DNA of 19,163 nt from an uncultured bacterium (GTDB lineage Bacteria; CSSED10-310; CAZUFC01): NCBI GenBank assembly GCA_964619725.1, contig CAZUFC010000143.1, forward strand, positions 1 to 19,163. The letters are read 5' to 3'. Below are positions 14,651 through 19,163 of the stretch, in pieces. The notes under the pieces were generated by a model, which searched no databases, was not told the origin of the DNA, and saw nothing but the letters and a program-made list of their open reading frames with translations. Positions within the stretch are counted from its first letter, which is position 1; each line of letters starts with the position of its first letter. Made by a program: the position numbers and the translations under genes.

Positions 14651-16669
14651 ATGAATAATTTTGACATTTCAGCGGCTATGACGATCAAGTTGTCTGAAGA
14701 AATGCCGCCGAATCCTGTTTTTAAAAGCGGAATACGCCGGGCGCCCAATCGGGGTTTCAATTTGACGAAGAACGAGACGCGTACGGCGTTGAAGAATGCT
14801 TTGCGGTATGTTCCCGAAGCGCTGCACGAGGAGCTGGCGCCGGAATTTTTAGAGGAGTTGACGAGTCAAGGACGAATTTATGGTTATCGTTACCGGCCCG
14901 AAGGGCGGATATACGGCAGGCCTGTGGATGAGTACAGAGGGATACTGGAGGGACGTGCTTTGCAGGTGATGATCGACAATAATCTGGATTTTGATGTGGC
15001 TTTGTATCCTTATGAACTCGTTACGTATGGCGAAACGGGTCAGGTATTTCAGAACTGGATGCAATACAGGCTAGTCAAGAAGTATCTTCAGAGCATGAAC
15101 GAGGAGCAAACGCTTGTCGTATCTTCTGGTCACCCGGTGGGTCTTTTTCCTTCCGACCGGAATTCGCCCCGGGTCATTTCAACGAACGGTCTTCTGGTTG
15201 GGGAATGGGACAACCCGGAATCGTTCAGGAAAGCGGCGGCGATGGGGGTAACGAACTACGGACAGATGACGGCAGGCGGATGGATGTATATCGGGCCACA
15301 GGGCATTGTTCACGGCACCTATATTACGCTGTTGAACGCAGGCAGGAAATACCTGGGAATTCCAGCGGACCATGATTTGAAAGGCATCTGTTTCGTCAGT
15401 TCAGGACTGGGCGGAATGTCCGGGGCCCAGGCGAAAGCGGTGGAAATAGCCGGAGGGATCGGCGTCATTGCTGAAGTGGACTTCAGCCGCATTAAAACCC
15501 GGCACGAGCAGGGCTGGCTGAGTAAATATTCCGACGACCTCGATCAGATAGCCGACTGGATGCGAGAATTCAAGGACTCTGGAAAACCGGTTTCCATAGG
15601 CTATTACGGCAATGTGGTGGAACTTCTGGAATATCTGGACGAAAAACAGATAGACATCGAACTGCTTTCCGATCAGACTTCCTGTCATGCCGTGTATGAG
15701 GGCGGTTATACGCCTGCAGGGGTATCCTTCGAAGAAGGCAGAAAAGTCCTTAAACAATCGCCTGACAGATTCAAAAAATTGGTGGACGGTTCATTAAGGC
15801 GTCATTATGCCGTATTGAAAGGGCTGACTGATAAGGGCGCCTATTTCTGGGATTACGGAAACAGTTTCATGGCTTCGGTATTCAACGCCGGTCAGACGGA
15901 TATCGCTAAAAACGGCCTGGATACCTCGGAAGGATTCATCTGGCCTTCTTATGTTGAGGATATAATGGGGCCGGTATGTTTCGACAACGGATTCGGTCCG
16001 TTCCGCTGGGTGTGTCTGAGCGGCAGGGAAGAGGATTTAAGAAAAACGGACAGAGCAGCGATGGATTGCATAGACCCTGACATGAGTCCGACGCATCGCG
16101 ATAATCATCACTGGATCGCTGAAGCGGAGGAGAATCGACTGGTGGTGGGGACGAAAGCGCGCATATTGTATAACGACGAGGCGGGGCGCATCAAAATAGC
16201 CCTTAAATTCAACGAAATGGTCAGAAACGGAGAAATCGGTCCCGTAATGCTGGGCCGCGATCACCACGACGTGTCAGGGACCGATTCGCCTTACCGGGAA
16301 ACGGCCAATATTTATGACGGCAGCCGCATAACCGCGGACATGTCGGTTCAATGTTTCGGAGGAAACATAGCGCGGGGTATGACGCTGGTGGTTCTCTCGA
16401 ACGGCGGCGGCGTGGGCATAGGCCGGGCAAGCAACGGCGGAAACGGTATTCTCCTCGACGGCAGCGAAAGAACAGACAACGTGATCCGAAAAGGTCTTTC
16501 CTGGGACGTCATGGGCGGCATCGCCCGCAGAAGCTGGGCCAGGAATCCACAGGCAATCGAAACCGCAGCCCGATGGAACCAGGTTCAAAAAGGCGCCGGT
16601 CATATTACCTTGCCGTTTGTTCCCGAAGATGAGCTGATCGATAAACTGGTTGAGGATAAGATTCGATAA
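14651..16669 (+). CDS. hutU: Urocanate hydratase, long (~670 aa) form
   Basis: Motifs NNLD, PYELVTYG, YGQMTAGGWMYIGPQGIVHGT, GLGGMSGAQ, SDQTSCH, DYGN, GPFRWVCLSG, GRDHHDVSGTDSPYRET, NGGGVGIG. GGAG RBS. Confidence 0.97.
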   Translation: MNNFDISAAMTIKLSEEMPPNPVFKSGIRRAPNRGFNLTKNETRTALKNALRYVPEALHEELAPEFLEELTSQGRIYGYRYRPEGRIYGRPVDEYRGILEGRALQVMIDNNLDFDVALYPYELVTYGETGQVFQNWMQYRLVKKYLQSMNEEQTLVVSSGHPVGLFPSDRNSPRVISTNGLLVGEWDNPESFRKAAAMGVTNYGQMTAGGWMYIGPQGIVHGTYITLLNAGRKYLGIPADHDLKGICFVSSGLGGMSGAQAKAVEIAGGIGVIAEVDFSRIKTRHEQGWLSKYSDDLDQIADWMREFKDSGKPVSIGYYGNVVELLEYLDEKQIDIELLSDQTSCHAVYEGGYTPAGVSFEEGRKVLKQSPDRFKKLVDGSLRRHYAVLKGLTDKGAYFWDYGNSFMASVFNAGQTDIAKNGLDTSEGFIWPSYVEDIMGPVCFDNGFGPFRWVCLSGREEDLRKTDRAAMDCIDPDMSPTHRDNHHWIAEAEENRLVVGTKARILYNDEAGRIKIALKFNEMVRNGEIGPVMLGRDHHDVSGTDSPYRETANIYDGSRITADMSVQCFGGNIARGMTLVVLSNGGGVGIGRASNGGNGILLDGSERTDNVIRKGLSWDVMGGIARRSWARNPQAIETAARWNQVQKGAGHITLPFVPEDELIDKLVEDKIR

Positions 16670-16769
16670 CGCCGGTAAAAGGGAATGCTGAATATTGCAG
16701 GCCGTCGCACGATGTTGAATTCCCTGCCCTGGAATGTCGACTGCAGTCAAACGACTTTGTGACTCACTT

Positions 16770-16797
16770 ATTCGCGTGATTAGCGTGATTCGTGGTT
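16770..16797 (-). repeat. Three-unit CACG(C)GAAT-type short tandem repeat
   Basis: Minus strand reads AACCACGAAT-CACGCTAAT-CACGCGAAT, 22/28 identical to 18971-18998 on the plus strand. Confidence 0.75.
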
Positions 16798-16807
16798 TCA
16801 AATAATA

Positions 16808-17635
16808 TCAAAGATATTTTTCGTATTCGTTAATAATATTTTGCAGATGATGTTTTTCTTCTCCTGCCAGGAGTCTGAAGACCAGTTTCTGATCTTCTTC
16901 CGGCATACGGCGTTCCATTCTGACATAAAGATCGTAGGAATTGGTTTCCAGGGATGCGGCCAGCATCAGCACATCTTTGGCTTCTTTGTTTTGAATCCAA
17001 TCCAGGGCTTCTTTGACGCGCATTCCTCCTTCCATTATTTCGCCGAAGTCTTCCATTTTTTCCACGGCATAATCGATTATTTTGCCGGAAATTTGTTTGT
17101 ATCGTTCAGCGAGGAGTTTTTTATGAAGTTCTTCATCCTGAAAAAGTTTCTGGAAAAGGTCGGAGGAAAATTCATCATGCCGTTGGGAGGAGATTTTCTG
17201 ATAGAATAAGCGTGAGCCTTCTTCGAGTGCGTAGGCCAGGGCTATCAAATCTTCCGTGGAATCGCCGTCGTCGAAATAGGCTGTGCCCGATTCCGGAGAA
17301 CCTTCTGCGAGTATTCCGTTCCAGGCGTTAATTCCGCCTTTCAGACTCACGGACCTTTTAAATCCCTCGTTTTTCAGCATTGAAGCTGCTGCCCTGCTTC
17401 GTATGCCTGCGGTGCAGTAGGCAACGGCTGTTTTATCTTTGGACATATCGGCGGTTTTTTCCGCGAGTTCAGGCAAGGGGATCAGCATGGAACCCGGCAG
17501 GTGTCCTTCTTCATATTCATCGGGTTGCCTGACGTCGATGAGGTAATAATCTTCATGTTTTTTTGTTTTCAAAAATTCCCGTAATTTTTCCGCGGAAACG
17601 GTATCGACTTTTTTAAAGTAATCCAGAAGCCCCAT
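16808..17635 (-). CDS. Rhodanese domain fused to a rubrerythrin/ferritin-like di-iron domain
   Basis: Rhodanese motifs IDVRQPDEYEEGHLPGS, YCTAGIRS (active Cys) and LKGGINAW. Two E...ExxH half-sites follow: LEEGSRLFY...DEELH and LETNSYDLY...EEKHH. AGGAGG RBS. Confidence 0.9.
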   Translation of the reverse strand: MGLLDYFKKVDTVSAEKLREFLKTKKHEDYYLIDVRQPDEYEEGHLPGSMLIPLPELAEKTADMSKDKTAVAYCTAGIRSRAAASMLKNEGFKRSVSLKGGINAWNGILAEGSPESGTAYFDDGDSTEDLIALAYALEEGSRLFYQKISSQRHDEFSSDLFQKLFQDEELHKKLLAERYKQISGKIIDYAVEKMEDFGEIMEGGMRVKEALDWIQNKEAKDVLMLAASLETNSYDLYVRMERRMPEEDQKLVFRLLAGEEKHHLQNIINEYEKYL

Positions 17636-17664
17636 TAAACGAACCTCCTGTTGAAGAGTCAGAA

Positions 17665-18786
17665 TTATTCATGCCGTTCGCCTGAAACCTGGAATTTATG
17701 CATGAAACGTTTGTCGATTTTATCTTTAATTTTAAAAGCGCATTTTCCATTGAAGGATATACCGAATTTACTGAAAATGCCGGTATCGTCGCCCAGGTTC
17801 AAGATCAGGAGATAGGCGCCTCCGGGATCGAATGGAAGGAGCGATTCGTCATTCAAGGTTGCTTTGAGGTTATGGAAAAGGACAGGGTTCTGTCTGACGG
17901 CGTAAACGCCGACTTTAGCGAGGGAGAACTCTTGAAAAGTGACGCAATCGCCGCCTCCGAAGATATCGGGATATTCGACGCATTTAAGGAAGCGGTCAAT
18001 AAGCAGTCCGCCGTCCGCTCCGGTCGGCAGACCTGAATCGACGAAAAGCCTGGGAGGTCTAGTACCGACGGCGACGATGACGAAATCGACGGGGAATTCG
18101 GAGTTGTCGGCCGCGGTTATTTTATCGTTATCAATGGAGTTGATGCGAATGCCTTCATGGACCCTGATATTTCTTTTAGACAGTGATTCAAGAGCCAGTT
18201 TGCGGACCCGTGCAGGAAATTCAGTCAGTATGGCGCCGCCGTTAAAAAGGTCTATTTCGCAGACGCCGTTATTATTATGGATCAAACGATGCAGGTTTCC
18301 CGCAATTTCAACTCCGGCGGGACCTCCGCCTATGACTGCTGCCTTGACCTTTTCGTTTTTGATGCGTTCCAGTATTCGGGTCTGCAGATCGATGAGCTTG
18401 CGGATAGGTTTTACTGTAAAGACATCGCCGGCTTTTTGATCGAATGCTTCGAGGGGAACTTCGCTTCCAATGTTAAATGAAACCACGTCATAATTGACGG
18501 ATTCGCCTGATCCCAGGGAAATCACGCGCTTTTCCGGCTCGATGGAAACCGCTTTGTCCTCCACAAAACGTCCGCCACGGTCTTCAACCATTTTTTGAAT
18601 GAAAAAACGGACTTCCTGCGGGCTGTAGAATCCGCCCAGCAGGCCGGGGCCCATGCCGGAGTAATACTGGTATGGATTCGGACTTATCAGTGTGACCTGA
18701 TGTCCCTGATCAACGATTTCCTTAAGATGGAGCATGGCGGTCATATGGGCATGCCCGCCTCCGACCAGAACCAGATGTTTCGACAT
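17665..18786 (-). CDS. FAD/NAD(P)-dependent oxidoreductase (NDH-2-like; resembles the N-terminal domain of SelD fusion proteins)
   Basis: Start moved to the ATG at 18786 (MSKHLVLVGGGHAH) after AAAGGAG. Motifs YSGMGPG, VKP, IGGGPAGVE, IFGGGDC, KVGVYAVRQ, KDKIDKRFM; 373 aa. Confidence 0.88.
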   Translation of the reverse strand: MSKHLVLVGGGHAHMTAMLHLKEIVDQGHQVTLISPNPYQYYSGMGPGLLGGFYSPQEVRFFIQKMVEDRGGRFVEDKAVSIEPEKRVISLGSGESVNYDVVSFNIGSEVPLEAFDQKAGDVFTVKPIRKLIDLQTRILERIKNEKVKAAVIGGGPAGVEIAGNLHRLIHNNNGVCEIDLFNGGAILTEFPARVRKLALESLSKRNIRVHEGIRINSIDNDKITAADNSEFPVDFVIVAVGTRPPRLFVDSGLPTGADGGLLIDRFLKCVEYPDIFGGGDCVTFQEFSLAKVGVYAVRQNPVLFHNLKATLNDESLLPFDPGGAYLLILNLGDDTGIFSKFGISFNGKCAFKIKDKIDKRFMHKFQVSGERHE

Positions 18787-18970
18787 AAGCACTCCTTTTA
18801 AAGTTTGCTTTGTCGGGCCGTTCACTAGAAAATTGCCCGACGGATCACGCTGCGGCGTTGAAGTTATCATAAAATAAAATATAACAATGCGGCAGCAGAT
18901 GCAAGAAAAAGTTAGTTCAACCTGATTTGCGAAGGATGCGAGCAGCATATTGCATTGCCGTATTTTTTAC

Positions 18971-18998
18971 AACCACTAATCACGCGAACCTAGCGAAC
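18971..18998 (+). repeat. Three-unit CACG(C)GAA-type short tandem repeat
   Basis: AACCACTAAT-CACGCGAAC-CTAGCGAAC. A looser relative with a 10-nt period lies at 3894-3920. Confidence 0.7.
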
Positions 18999-19142
18999 AA
19001 GAATGTCAACATTACCGTAAAACAAACGCCGTTAAGCTTTTATACAGCAACGAAATCCTAAAAACCATCCACGGTTGCCTATATTTCCCAAGAAATTCGA
19101 TTATTCTGACAAAAAAAATCATCGCCAAAGAACGAAGCGAAA

Positions 19143-19163
19143 GTAGAAGCGGCATCCTGCCGC
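19143..19163 (+). repeat. GTAG-type REP-like palindrome, truncated by the window end
   Basis: GTAG-AA-GCGGCA-TCC-TGCCGC: a GTAG tetranucleotide followed by a perfect 6-bp GC-rich stem. Confidence 0.65.

Noticed and set aside
16274-16801. 175-aa minus-strand ORF starting MKPRITLITRI, and the other antisense or overlapping ORFs inside the main genes
   Set aside because: Its start is the translated CACGAAT repeat and the rest is antisense to hutU. The other nested ORFs are shadow frames with no motifs.

Overview
Chromosomal-looking region of a Gram-negative (lipid A-making) bacterium with 12 credible genes. In order: a long SppA with an extra N-terminal beta-rich domain (-); a late lipid A operon lpxB-waaA-lpxK-lpxL (-); a stand-alone response regulator receiver behind a sigma54-type promoter (+); a secreted Asp-box (BNR) propeller protein with an IPTL-CTERM-like tail (+); a PilZ protein (-); a Thr-type sulfatase-family protein (-); a long-form urocanate hydratase (+); and a FAD oxidoreductase plus rhodanese/ferritin-like fusion operon (-). 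I found no transposase, integrase, CRISPR array, tRNA or rRNA. The most unusual signal is non-coding: the intergenic DNA is a mosaic of small repeat modules. The two spacers flanking sppA share the same modules, shuffled and partly inverted, and mostly joined at a GATCAGT heptamer (8 exact copies in about 1.9 kb). One of these modules is an 87-bp, 86%-identical inverted repeat that brackets sppA. A second repeat family brackets the oxidoreductase/rhodanese operon in the same outward-facing geometry. There are also 52-145 bp palindromic mini-elements with related ends and a GTAG-type REP at the window edge. All alignments were done by eye, so protein calls rest on recognised motifs and mechanistic ideas are inference.
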